Shown piece by piece: positions 28,477 through 38,408 of a stretch of 64,000 bases of DNA. The position numbers and the translations under genes were made by a program. Numbering within the stretch: the first letter of the stretch is position 1; every line of letters begins with the position of its first letter. Origin of the DNA: Bdellovibrionales bacterium RIFOXYD12_FULL_39_22 (GTDB lineage Bacteria > Bdellovibrionota > Bacteriovoracia > Bacteriovoracales > Bacteriovoracaceae); contig MEQL01000054.1 in NCBI GenBank assembly GCA_001770205.1, forward strand, positions 1-64,000. The letters run 5' to 3'. The notes beneath the pieces were generated by a model, which saw only the letters and a list, made by a program, of their open reading frames with translations, made no database searches and was not told the origin of the DNA.

Positions 28477-29795
28477 TATGGCCCTATCAATTCAACGGCC
28501 TGTTTGCTAGGCAAACCGAAGTGACTAAGATGCCAAGAATCAATTAGATCGGAGTACATTTCGTCTTCCCCTCGCATACATTTTAGTACAAATTCTCCCA
28601 TCCCATTCCTACTAGGATCTGTAGAGTTGGTTTGACAATACTCTTGAACCCAGGCCTGCTTAAAAGAGAGTGATAATTTATTTTCATATTCCTTAAATTG
28701 AAGAGCAAGCCAACTATCCTTGTCAGTCAACTCCTCTTCTTGTTCATCGATATCAATATTTGGCGCTTGATAACCTGGAAAGGACCAAGATTCTTCTTCG
28801 AGACTATCTTTGTGCTGAAAACTAAACTTTTGCCCATTTAACTTATATTTTGCTACCAACTTCAAACTCATGGATTGAGAGACCGTATCGATTTTATAGT
28901 TGTAATACCTAAGTTCACTTTTTTTCGTATTGGGATTTTTAACGTAATATTCGTATGTACGACTCTCTTTCCCTCGACTCATCGACTGTCCATAGCTACC
29001 CACCACATCAACTTCCAGATCGCCAACGCCTTGTGGATGGTACCATGCAGAATTGCGGAAGGCCGAAACGGAGTGTTGTTTTATTGCCTGTTCATCTATC
29101 CCCGAAAGCATGGCCACCATTGTGCTTGTAGATAATTTAGAAATTAGAACTGATCCAATCTTGGCGGCCTTACTATCATACTGCGAAATATCCATTTGAA
29201 AATAGTTACAAAATTTGGCCACAAACTGTCGCCAGAAAGGAAGAGAGAGCGAACCACTCTTAATGGCCCCACAATAACTCTGTCCAGTCTGCGTGATGGC
29301 CAGATCCATCCCGTCCATTTCTTGCTTATCTCCAATACTTTCAAAAAGCGGCCTATAGCGTTTGAAATCATACGAGGCCTTAAGGGGAAAATTTTGTTTA
29401 ACAGCACTATCCACCATCTTGAGATAAGAAGGATATAACTTGGTCAACTCTCCATTGAAATATTTGGCCACATCAGGATCCATACTTGATCCCCATAATA
29501 GGTGTAAATCATGAATCTTAATTGCTGATTCCAACGCACCTAAGTGATCTCCCGCATCACGACGCCGCTTGGTATCCACCACATACTTGTTAGTTATTTC
29601 ATACTCTGCTTGCTGTTTACCCTGCAGACACTCTTTGTCCGAGGGAGAATCTTGTAAGGCCATCACCCACATCTCTCTTGCCTTCTCCCACTCTCCGGCC
29701 ATCATAAAATCGCGGGCCTTTTTCTTATAAGTTGCACAGCCCACTAATAAAAGTACGATCAGCATGGCCGAAATAATATTTAAAAATAGTCTCAT
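28470..29795 (-). CDS. lipoprotein with N-terminal TPR-like helices
   Basis: LLVGC lipobox; A...M.AGEWEKA...W..AL...P. Confidence 0.7.
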   Translation of the reverse strand: MRLFLNIISAMLIVLLLVGCATYKKKARDFMMAGEWEKAREMWVMALQDSPSDKECLQGKQQAEYEITNKYVVDTKRRRDAGDHLGALESAIKIHDLHLLWGSSMDPDVAKYFNGELTKLYPSYLKMVDSAVKQNFPLKASYDFKRYRPLFESIGDKQEMDGMDLAITQTGQSYCGAIKSGSLSLPFWRQFVAKFCNYFQMDISQYDSKAAKIGSVLISKLSTSTMVAMLSGIDEQAIKQHSVSAFRNSAWYHPQGVGDLEVDVVGSYGQSMSRGKESRTYEYYVKNPNTKKSELRYYNYKIDTVSQSMSLKLVAKYKLNGQKFSFQHKDSLEEESWSFPGYQAPNIDIDEQEEELTDKDSWLALQFKEYENKLSLSFKQAWVQEYCQTNSTDPSRNGMGEFVLKCMRGEDEMYSDLIDSWHLSHFGLPSKQAVELIGPYY

Positions 29796-29990
29796 TTCCT
29801 TTTCCCCTTATAGTTGGTTATCATTAATTGTAAAAATTAATCAACACAGTTAATCCTGTAAAATTATACCGATCTATTTTAATTTTTCTAGCAATCTTTT
29901 TTACATATCCAGCATATAACGATTGACCCATAGTTCATCATCATAGTATTTGCCATTTAAACAGTTCTGACTTTTCAAAGAGGAGATACT

Positions 29991-31685
29991 ATGCCCACCT
30001 ATTTAAGCAAACTATTTATATCAATTCTACTATGCTCATTGGCCATCATTGAAAGTTCTATCGCCGACAATGGCCAAATTATACGCCCTCAGCGCACAAT
30101 ACGTGCCACTCCTGTTCCTGGACGATCTACGACCTTTATTGATGCTAGAAAAATGCCGCTAGCTCGCAATGCCGTTTTTCAGACAAATAGAATCATGCAA
30201 AAACATCGAGGTTATAATCTAGATAGTTTGCAATTTTCCTCAGAAATACAAATTGGCCTACATCAGGCCATGGAAAGTAATCACTATCTTCCACTGATGA
30301 CCCTTCCCAGAGGCCAAAATAAAGGGACTCATCGATTACGCTGGAAAACCCTGGCACCCAATGCTGGTTGTGCCGTAATTCAAATTTCTCCGTATGCTTT
30401 TTCTTCTCAGGATAACTGGAGAAATCCAACCGTTTTACTGGCAGAAATCCTAGATTGCAGCGCTCCGATAAACGGATATCGCTATGGTGCCATTGTAGAC
30501 TTTGATCATCTAGAAAAATATCCTCTTTTCTCCTACCGCCGCAATGGCAACAATCTTCCAGTAATAATACGCCCGCGCCTTTTTGATACTAATCGCTATT
30601 TCATCCGGGCAATTCCTGTCAAAAGCGCAATGCTTCTACAAGATGTTGCCACGCCTTCTCTAGAAGCTGAACTGGCCTATAACACCACGCCACCAACGCC
30701 GCCCACCATCCAAGATGGACATCCCAAAATTAACTTTTCTCATCAAATAAAAATGCAACCAGATAATTATAATTTTGCTTGCTTTCAAAAAGTAATCAAT
30801 GCGGCACTTTTCAATAACATTTTTTCTAATGGAGAAATTGTCAATGTTTGTAATCAAGACGATGACTTCCTTTCCGAGATAGGAAACTTCTTTGAGGATC
30901 TTTGGGAATTTATCACTAATGCAGTGAATTGGATTTCTGCGACATATGATAAAATAAAGGCCGAACTGGCTTCTATCGTACTGGACATGATCAATTGCCA
31001 CTCTACCCTTTGCACTATGGCCGTCAATTCCGTAATCAACTCTTCTATGATAATGCTGGGATTGCCTCCAACCCTTCCAGACTCCGCTGATCTAATGAGT
31101 ATGGGAAAAGACTATTTAGTAGAATCTATCGCGGCCAATGCTGGAGTAGATCCCGATTTAGCTCGTGCGGGAATAGATCAATTAGAAAGAATAACCGCGG
31201 ACAATGAGACCGCCATGGCCGCTTCGCTTCCAATGATCCCGGCAACAGAATTCCAATACAAACCGTGGATATTAAATTTCAAAGTGGAGAAAAATAGTTC
31301 ATATGTGGCAAAACAAGAATCTGCGACAATGATAATTGAAAATACAGAAGGCCTCTTTAAAACCGTTTCCATCGTTATTCCGAAAAATTTAAGCGGAACT
31401 ACCGGAACCTATAACCTTCCACTCTTTTTACAACCTACACAGGATTATCGTAGATGGTTTGCAATGCACACAGATTCTATGAACTATCTGGCCGAAATGG
31501 ATCTTAATGGATATATAACCAACGAACAAAACGCCTTTGCAGAATACGGCCGCTTTTATAATACCTATCTCAGCAATAACAGCGCCTATACTTTCATTAT
31601 TAAAACTATGAACTCAAAGGGAACAAAATTTCAAATGAAGCTTAAGTGTAATATTAATTTTTGCGTTGGTTCTGCTCTACCCTAA
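29991..31685 (+). CDS. secreted hypothetical protein (564 aa)
   Basis: GAGGAG RBS; signal peptide; amphipathic helix and GLPPTLP motif. Confidence 0.75.
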   Translation: MPTYLSKLFISILLCSLAIIESSIADNGQIIRPQRTIRATPVPGRSTTFIDARKMPLARNAVFQTNRIMQKHRGYNLDSLQFSSEIQIGLHQAMESNHYLPLMTLPRGQNKGTHRLRWKTLAPNAGCAVIQISPYAFSSQDNWRNPTVLLAEILDCSAPINGYRYGAIVDFDHLEKYPLFSYRRNGNNLPVIIRPRLFDTNRYFIRAIPVKSAMLLQDVATPSLEAELAYNTTPPTPPTIQDGHPKINFSHQIKMQPDNYNFACFQKVINAALFNNIFSNGEIVNVCNQDDDFLSEIGNFFEDLWEFITNAVNWISATYDKIKAELASIVLDMINCHSTLCTMAVNSVINSSMIMLGLPPTLPDSADLMSMGKDYLVESIAANAGVDPDLARAGIDQLERITADNETAMAASLPMIPATEFQYKPWILNFKVEKNSSYVAKQESATMIIENTEGLFKTVSIVIPKNLSGTTGTYNLPLFLQPTQDYRRWFAMHTDSMNYLAEMDLNGYITNEQNAFAEYGRFYNTYLSNNSAYTFIIKTMNSKGTKFQMKLKCNINFCVGSALP

Positions 31686-31766
31686 GTGGAATATCCGCCC
31701 ACATCTTCAGTCATAAAGGCTGCACCTACGCTAATAGAGACAACTTTTTTAATAGCATCTCCAAGC
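31685..31766. repeat. diverged copy of an internal segment of the gene at 39969-40343
   Basis: Matches 40198-40293 in the same orientation; 34-bp perfect core 31733-31766 = 40260-40293. Confidence 0.9.
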
Positions 31767-31934
31767 GAAATGTAGGTTAAATCGGGCCGACGACCTCGTC
31801 GTTGCGAACGTTGATCAATCTGCTCGGTTACCTGGCATGATGGCCAACAATAGCCCCCTCAACTACTCTTTCGATAACAAACATATTGGTGAAATCATTG
31901 ACCACTCAAAAAAAAAGTTTTTTTATCTATTCAA

Positions 31935-31962
31935 GATAACATTTTCAACTCATAAAACGTTA
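31935..31962 (+). promoter_or_regulatory. putative ECF-type autoregulatory promoter
   Basis: GATAAC-17bp-CGTTA (AAC...CGT pattern) about 40 bp upstream of the ECF sigma ATG. Confidence 0.5.
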
Positions 31963-32004
31963 TACTTGCAAACTAGATCGAAAATTGCTCAAAAAAGGTT
32001 AATA

Positions 32005-32574
32005 ATGTCGACAATAGATGACATCACAATTATGAATGGAATTAAAGCTGGTAACAGTAAGGACGTCGAGATGCTATTCGACAAGTACTCTCAATCACTC
32101 TTAAGACATATCCACCGAATCACCTTTAACAAAGAAATTTCCGAGGATATTTTAAACGAAACATTCATGACTATTATTCAGAAAATAAATTTTTATAAAG
32201 ATTTGACGGAAGAAGGCCAAACCTTCAAAGCTTGGATTTTCAGAATTGCAACTAATGAGGCGATAGATGTTATTCGTAAAGAAAAAAGGGAGAAGATCAA
32301 AAGAGAATCTTTAATTGCCACCACTTCAACACCTGAGCACTGCTCTACCGAAGAGCAACTACAGTCTGTTCAAAATCAAGGAGTAATTCACTCTCTAATG
32401 ATGGAATTACCAACGATCCAAAGGATTGTGATAAACTTAAAAATCAAAGAGGATATGTCATATTTGGAAATATCGAGAGTGTGTGGGTACAGTATAGAAT
32501 CGGTCAAACAGGCACTTTTTAAAGCGCGACTAAACTTACAAAAAAAACTTGATCTAAGCGAAGGTGCAATATGA
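32005..32574 (+). CDS. ECF sigma-70 factor
   Basis: Region 2 (SEDILNETF, FKAWIFRIATNEAID.IRK) and region 4 (LP.IQR....MSY.EIS......SVK.ALFKAR); ATG at 32005 preferred. Confidence 0.92.
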   Translation: MSTIDDITIMNGIKAGNSKDVEMLFDKYSQSLLRHIHRITFNKEISEDILNETFMTIIQKINFYKDLTEEGQTFKAWIFRIATNEAIDVIRKEKREKIKRESLIATTSTPEHCSTEEQLQSVQNQGVIHSLMMELPTIQRIVINLKIKEDMSYLEISRVCGYSIESVKQALFKARLNLQKKLDLSEGAI

Positions 32575-33092
32575 AAAAACAAAAAATAACAAAAGCAAAT
32601 CTCCTTTCATATCTTGATGGTGAGCTAAATGATCGAGATAGTAAAATAGTAAAAAACCATCTCTTGGAAAACGAAGAGGATACAAATTTATTGCAAAAGA
32701 TAGTAACCACCGACAGAGAAATTGCAATAATTACTGACATCACAATTTCATCTAATTTACGAAAAACAATATTAAACAATGCTCATCAACTGCTTCAACA
32801 AAAGAAAATGCACAAAGCCAAATCACGCAATTTTTCTAAATCATTTACTTCTTCTACTAAGCTGTTAACTAGCTCGTTAAAAAAACTTACGATATACATA
32901 CCGGCCGAGTATCTAGCACTTGGTAGCTTGCTCGTTATATTTGTTAGTCTATTGCAGACACCTTCATCGCACGGAAACTTTATTGCATTTAACACCAATC
33001 CACAGGTGGTTTCTGCCGAATCTGATATCGAATACAACGTAACAGAATATGACAATAACGATTTAAACAAAGGAGAACAATATGACAAATAA
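32571..33092 (+). CDS. single-TM anti-sigma factor
   Basis: ATGA overlap with sigma; LLSYLDGEL.......HL anti-sigma domain; one TM helix; short periplasmic tail. Confidence 0.8.
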   Translation: MKKQKITKANLLSYLDGELNDRDSKIVKNHLLENEEDTNLLQKIVTTDREIAIITDITISSNLRKTILNNAHQLLQQKKMHKAKSRNFSKSFTSSTKLLTSSLKKLTIYIPAEYLALGSLLVIFVSLLQTPSSHGNFIAFNTNPQVVSAESDIEYNVTEYDNNDLNKGEQYDK

Positions 33093-33867
33093 GTTTCTTT
33101 TAATCACGCTACTTTTGTTGTTATGTCACGCTACCCTTTCTAAAACAATTTCCATAAAAGATGGAAAAGTTGCCCCTATGGACTTAACAGCTTTTTCGCT
33201 AGAACGTTTTATAAAAGAATTTGCTATCTCTAGTGATATTCGAATTTCTTATTCCAAAGATACCATAAAAAGCAACGATAAAATAGATTTCTACCTCCGA
33301 CATGAGATTCCCCAAGAAGAATTTCTTCAAAGCATTATTAGAATACTCGAAAACAAAGGACTGACCATGACCATGCTAAAAGATAGTGGTGGCTGGAGCA
33401 TTGTGGAAACAAGGGACATTCGTTTTGCTCCTGTTGAAATATATAATTCTAACTCATACCCAGATACAAATGAATACATAACCGTTATACACAAAATGAA
33501 ATTTCCACTGGCCGACAGCACCATTAGAAACTTAAGGTCTTCAGTATCAAGACATGCAAGAATAGTTAGTTTTAGTGATGGCAGAACCATTGTGATCAAT
33601 GAAATCGGAACAGCAACTTCCGAACTACTAAAAATTATCGAAAGTCTGGATACAAAAGAAAACTACGAGCAGTACTTACAAGGGAGAGAGAGTAAGGCCA
33701 TAGTAGAAAGTAAAAAAACTCCCAAAGAAAAAAGTATTGAGGAACTAAACAACACGATTGCAGAGCTTGAAAAAGAAAACGAGTCCCTAAAATCTATCAA
33801 AACTCCCATGCTAGGTAAAAAAAACAGCGAGACAAAAACAGAAAAAGAGGAGAGCAAAAATGAATAA
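33082..33867 (+). CDS. secretin N0/N1-domain protein lacking the secretin barrel, C-terminal coiled coil
   Basis: Signal peptide; YITVIHKMKF..AD..IRNLR..VSRHARIV......IVINE......LLKIIESLD resembles a GspD N1 repeat; ends at 261 aa. Confidence 0.7.
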   Translation: MTNKFLLITLLLLLCHATLSKTISIKDGKVAPMDLTAFSLERFIKEFAISSDIRISYSKDTIKSNDKIDFYLRHEIPQEEFLQSIIRILENKGLTMTMLKDSGGWSIVETRDIRFAPVEIYNSNSYPDTNEYITVIHKMKFPLADSTIRNLRSSVSRHARIVSFSDGRTIVINEIGTATSELLKIIESLDTKENYEQYLQGRESKAIVESKKTPKEKSIEELNNTIAELEKENESLKSIKTPMLGKKNSETKTEKEESKNE

Positions 33868-34627
33868 ACTAATTAACTTTTTTGTTTTATTAGTAGTTAT
33901 AGTTTTTTCCAAAAATTCTTTCGCCGATGTATTAATTAAAAGGGCCAACAATTATATAATCAGTTCAGAGGAAGTAAGTTTATTTCAGTTGGTCAAAAGC
34001 TATTCGGCAATTATTGGCCAAAATCTCACCATAGATTCAGACCTAAAGGACGAATCTGTCATAGTTGTTGGTAATAAAATATTTGATGAAAAACAGATGG
34101 AAAAATATATTTCCTTTCAACTCTATACTAACGACATGGCACTGATACGTAGTAAAAAAGGCGATTATGAATTAATCGAGGCGCGCTACATTAGATATAA
34201 ATATTTACCAGTCTATCAAGACAAAGATGAAATACCGGACTCCCACGATTATGTTAGATATATTTATAAGTTAAAATATATTGAGACCGCTGAGCTGGCC
34301 AGAAATGTTCGGCCATTTGTATCAAGGTATGGCCGGGTAATAGACATCGATTCAGCAAAACAAATTATTATTTCCGACGTTGCTAAAAATGTTAAACGGA
34401 TTATTAAGATATATGAAACACTCGATACTCCTGAAACATTGGCAAACCAACTAGAATTAAAAAAATTAAATGATAAGTATAAATCCATGAGTGATTACAA
34501 GGAAGATGTTTGGCAAAACATCGAAAAATACCAAGCATATTTTATGATTCTTTTTTCACTCATCTCGCTACTCATTGGATTTATATTCAGAGGCTACCTG
34601 ATACGAAGGATAGAAGGGGGGCTGTAG
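33860..34627 (+). CDS. secretin N0/N1-domain protein lacking the secretin barrel, C-terminal TM anchor
   Basis: Signal peptide; N0-like SLFQLVKSYS.IIGQNLTIDSDLK; N1 IYKLKYI...ELARNVRPFVSRYGRVI......IIISD...NVKRIIKI...LD; C-terminal TM helix. Confidence 0.75.
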   Translation: MNKLINFFVLLVVIVFSKNSFADVLIKRANNYIISSEEVSLFQLVKSYSAIIGQNLTIDSDLKDESVIVVGNKIFDEKQMEKYISFQLYTNDMALIRSKKGDYELIEARYIRYKYLPVYQDKDEIPDSHDYVRYIYKLKYIETAELARNVRPFVSRYGRVIDIDSAKQIIISDVAKNVKRIIKIYETLDTPETLANQLELKKLNDKYKSMSDYKEDVWQNIEKYQAYFMILFSLISLLIGFIFRGYLIRRIEGGL

Positions 34628-34710
34628 AATTGCATTTTCGTTAATTATTATGTTTTCTAACGACGCAAAAAAATGCTAAAAAGTTGCCAAAAATAATAAG
34701 GAGAAAAAGT

Positions 34711-35661
34711 ATGGGGCAAATATCTAATAAAATGTTAACTGAAGTGCGAACTACACTATCAAGGCCAATAATAAATATCGCCGATATCAGGAAGGCAAAA
34801 AAGAATGCCCAGGCAAAACTGAAAACAGTAAAATCGGTGGAAAATTTTTTAAAAGAGGGACACACTCATGATGAGGCCATTTATGGCAATACTCAGCACC
34901 TAGCATCAATGCTAAGTGAAGATTTAATCATGATTGATCCACTAGATCACATGTATCGCTTTTGGGTAAAAATGGAAGATCTACATATGCCCGCATTTCC
35001 ACCAATAAGTCCAATGACTCGAACTTATTTTTTCTATTGGACCCATTTTGATGCCTCCTTTGGATCAGATAATGAGACTTTTGGGAATTGCCTTTTAAAT
35101 TTAGTGGGCGAGTATGGAATTAACCCAGATCAGAAAAAGGCATTGCAAAATTTTTGTGAATCACGAATGGGAATTTATGAAGTTGTGGATACTCCATCAG
35201 TTGATCGGTGCGCTGTGCGCGAGTTAGTGACCAATTGCCATTTAGATGTTCAACTTCGTTCCGGATATAATGGAAAACGAGGGGATATAATTTTTATGCG
35301 ACTACTTCCTAGTTTATCCGATGGAAATATGCACTACGGGGTGACAACGCCATATCAGCTGGAAGGATATTCTAAGAGTGATTGGTTGAATTATTTTGCC
35401 AGACAAAATATTGTTCCAGGAATAAAAGATGCCGAGGAGAAACTATATAGGCTTTTTAAATATGGTAATGGCGATAATGAATATTGGAGTGAGTTTGTTT
35501 GTCTTGCCTATTTAAATTATCGCTCGGATGCCATTTTTTTATGTGGATTACCAGATAAAAAATCAACTTGGCGCCACCATGACTCTTTTAATGCACTAGC
35601 AAATTACAATGCTGCCGCATTAAAAGCAATCTCACTTGGTTGTCTGCATGGGCGAAAATGA
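34711..35661 (+). CDS. hypothetical protein upstream of the SNF2 gene
   Basis: ORF overlapping the SNF2 start; PPISPMTRTYF..W..FDA.FG...ET and SRMGIYEV segments. Confidence 0.7.
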   Translation: MGQISNKMLTEVRTTLSRPIINIADIRKAKKNAQAKLKTVKSVENFLKEGHTHDEAIYGNTQHLASMLSEDLIMIDPLDHMYRFWVKMEDLHMPAFPPISPMTRTYFFYWTHFDASFGSDNETFGNCLLNLVGEYGINPDQKKALQNFCESRMGIYEVVDTPSVDRCAVRELVTNCHLDVQLRSGYNGKRGDIIFMRLLPSLSDGNMHYGVTTPYQLEGYSKSDWLNYFARQNIVPGIKDAEEKLYRLFKYGNGDNEYWSEFVCLAYLNYRSDAIFLCGLPDKKSTWRHHDSFNALANYNAAALKAISLGCLHGRK

Positions 35662-38383
35662 AAAATTGCATGAGCTAATTGTTCGCCCCAGCGGTGCGCC
35701 ACATTTTTCTTCTGCCACGACGTCTTCTGAATTAGAATTTGAAAAGATTGTTGCCGAAAAAGGAATGGGATCTGCCCTTTTGTTTTTGGACACCAACCCA
35801 AATCTTGCTGATAAATACCAGGGCCTTAATTATTGGATTGATTTTGTCCGTATATTTCTGGCCAGCTTTATTGCCCAAAACAAAGAAAATGAGACGCAGA
35901 TGTCTGCCAATGTTTTGCTTGGAGAAGATGACCTTGCACGATTTTTGTTAACCAAACCAATCTGTATTGGCAGCGAATACATCAACGAGGATTTATTAAA
36001 AGGGCTGTGGGATAATCTAATCGGAACAATTACTACCCAGATAAAGGAATCTAAGCAAAGTATAGAAGAATTTTTTTCTGCCAGACACCAAGGAGTAACT
36101 TTACAGGGGAGAATTTGGTTTCATTTGGCAGAAAATAAAAATGATGAACATCTTCCTTTTGCCTTTTTGGCCACCTATTCAAATAAAGTTTCCAATGCCG
36201 GAAAAACTCAACATCTCCCACTTAACCGTGCGCTTGAAGAATATTCAGGAAAAAAAGACAAGCAGATTTTACTGCGACTTCTTGCTCCTTTATCTAAAGC
36301 ATCTTCTGAGAGTAAATTTATAAAAAACCTAGTTGATGCTGGTGACATTTATCATCCGCAAAGATGGACTTCTGGCGATGCCTTTAAATTTTTATCGGAT
36401 ATTCCGCTATTTGAAAAGGCCGGAATTTTAGTGCGAGTGCCAAACTGGTGGAGGCCTAAAAATCCAATTCGGGCACAAGTTGCATTAAATCTTGGAAGTG
36501 ATAAACCAAAAGGTATGGGACTTGATGCTCTTTTAGATTTTTCTGTTTCGGTTGATATTAATGGTGAGAGGTTATCGGAAAAAGAGATTTCAGAGCTTTT
36601 AAACAAAAGTGAGCGTCTTACCTTCTTTAGAGGGCAGTGGATTGAAATTGATACAATAAAATTACAAGAAGCACTTGTTCATTTCAAACAAATTGAAAAA
36701 GATGCCCGAGCAACTGGAATTAGTTTTTTAGAAGGTATGCGCTTGTTGGCCGGAGTGGGACAGCATTTTGGCGATAGCGATCAAGACAATCAGGAGTTAG
36801 TTAAGTGGAGAAAAATAGATGCCGGCCCATGGTTAAATCAGATTCTAGCTAATTTGAAATCACCTGATAATGTAGATATGAATTTGCACATTTTAAATAA
36901 ATATTTACACGCAACATTACGTCCATATCAACTTCAAGGAGTTAACTGGCTCTATTTTCTAGACCAATTAGGCCTAGGTGCTTGCTTGGCCGACGATATG
37001 GGATTGGGAAAAACCATTCAGGTGATTGCACTTTTGTTACTGAAAAAATATGGTAATTCAACCGTAAAATCTTCTCCATCCCAATCATGTAGTTTGCTAG
37101 TTGCTCCGGCCTCTTTGCTTGGAAATTGGAAGTCTGAGCTTATGCGCTTTGCCCCGGAACTAAATTTTTTTATTGCGCACTCTTCCGAAAATTTAAGACT
37201 TCAGGCAATTCCTACTTCAATTGATTCAACTGATTTAGTAATTACGACCTATGGGTCTTTACAAAATATTGAATGGTTGAAAAATAGTCAGTGGAATCTG
37301 GCCATTTTAGATGAGGCTCAGGCAATAAAAAATCCAGGTACCAAGCAGACAAAAGCAGTAAAAATGTTGAAGGCAAAAAATAGATTTGTGTTAACCGGAA
37401 CGCCAATAGAAAATAGTGCTGCTGATCTTTGGTCATTATTTGATTTTATTGCGCCAGGACTTTTGGGAAGTAGTGACGAATTTAGTAAATTTATAAATGC
37501 CAGCGCAAAAACTGCAAAAGATCAAAGTGTCGTGAGCAGAAAATATGCGATACTTAGAAATCTAGTTCGCCCATATATTTTACGCCGTTTAAAAAGCGAT
37601 AAAAATATCATTAAAGATTTACCTGATAAAATTGAACTTAAAACATTTTGTGAGCTTAGTAAAAATCAGATCTATCTTTATCAAGACGCCGTCGAATCAC
37701 TAGAGCGAGAACTGAATGTTGTTGATGATGGTATTAAACGTAAGGGTTTGATTTTTTCTTATATGATGCGTTTTAAACAGATTTGTAATCATCCTTCTCA
37801 CTGGTTAAAAGATGGAGAATTTCGTCCAGATGGTAGTGGTAAATTTGCAAGGCTTATTGAATTAATTGAAGTGATAAAGGCAAAGCAAGAAAAGCTTTTA
37901 GTGTTTACTCAATTTCAAGAGATGACTGAACCTCTGAGTAACTTTCTGGCCCAAATATTTGGCCAGGAGGGACTAGTACTTCATGGAAAAACTGCAGTAA
38001 AAAAGCGCAAAGAGTTAGTGGGGAAATTTCAACGCGAAGATGGCCCACCCTTTTTTGTATTATCACTAAAGGCCGGAGGAGTGGGCCTTACGCTTACACA
38101 GGCATCTCATGTTATCCACTTTGATCGTTGGTGGAATCCGGCAATTGAAAACCAGGCCACTGACCGTGCTTTTCGAATTGGCCAAAAACGCAATGTGATA
38201 GCACATAAATTTATTTGCAGAGGAACACTGGAAGAGAAAATCGATGCACTTATTGATTCAAAGATAAAAATATCCAACGAAATCATTGGCAACTCAAGTG
38301 GTGGCGAGTTACAGTTTACGGAAATGTCTAATTCTGAAATATTAAAACTAGTTTCCCTTGATTTAAAATCGGGGCAGACATGA
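35648..38383 (+). CDS. SNF2/SWI2-family helicase (YwqA-like)
   Basis: LRPYQ..G..WL, CLADDMGLGKT, LDEAQAIKN, LTGTPIEN, LSLKAGGVGL.LT, DRWWNPA.E.QATDRAFRIGQ. Confidence 0.95.
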   Translation: MGENEKLHELIVRPSGAPHFSSATTSSELEFEKIVAEKGMGSALLFLDTNPNLADKYQGLNYWIDFVRIFLASFIAQNKENETQMSANVLLGEDDLARFLLTKPICIGSEYINEDLLKGLWDNLIGTITTQIKESKQSIEEFFSARHQGVTLQGRIWFHLAENKNDEHLPFAFLATYSNKVSNAGKTQHLPLNRALEEYSGKKDKQILLRLLAPLSKASSESKFIKNLVDAGDIYHPQRWTSGDAFKFLSDIPLFEKAGILVRVPNWWRPKNPIRAQVALNLGSDKPKGMGLDALLDFSVSVDINGERLSEKEISELLNKSERLTFFRGQWIEIDTIKLQEALVHFKQIEKDARATGISFLEGMRLLAGVGQHFGDSDQDNQELVKWRKIDAGPWLNQILANLKSPDNVDMNLHILNKYLHATLRPYQLQGVNWLYFLDQLGLGACLADDMGLGKTIQVIALLLLKKYGNSTVKSSPSQSCSLLVAPASLLGNWKSELMRFAPELNFFIAHSSENLRLQAIPTSIDSTDLVITTYGSLQNIEWLKNSQWNLAILDEAQAIKNPGTKQTKAVKMLKAKNRFVLTGTPIENSAADLWSLFDFIAPGLLGSSDEFSKFINASAKTAKDQSVVSRKYAILRNLVRPYILRRLKSDKNIIKDLPDKIELKTFCELSKNQIYLYQDAVESLERELNVVDDGIKRKGLIFSYMMRFKQICNHPSHWLKDGEFRPDGSGKFARLIELIEVIKAKQEKLLVFTQFQEMTEPLSNFLAQIFGQEGLVLHGKTAVKKRKELVGKFQREDGPPFFVLSLKAGGVGLTLTQASHVIHFDRWWNPAIENQATDRAFRIGQKRNVIAHKFICRGTLEEKIDALIDSKIKISNEIIGNSSGGELQFTEMSNSEILKLVSLDLKSGQT

Positions 38384-38408
38384 TTGCATTTAAAAGCGAG
38401 GATAGATT

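Noticed and set aside
31837..32004. N-terminal extension of the ECF sigma in the ORF track
   Set aside because: Sigma homology starts near 32005 and the extension contains the likely promoter
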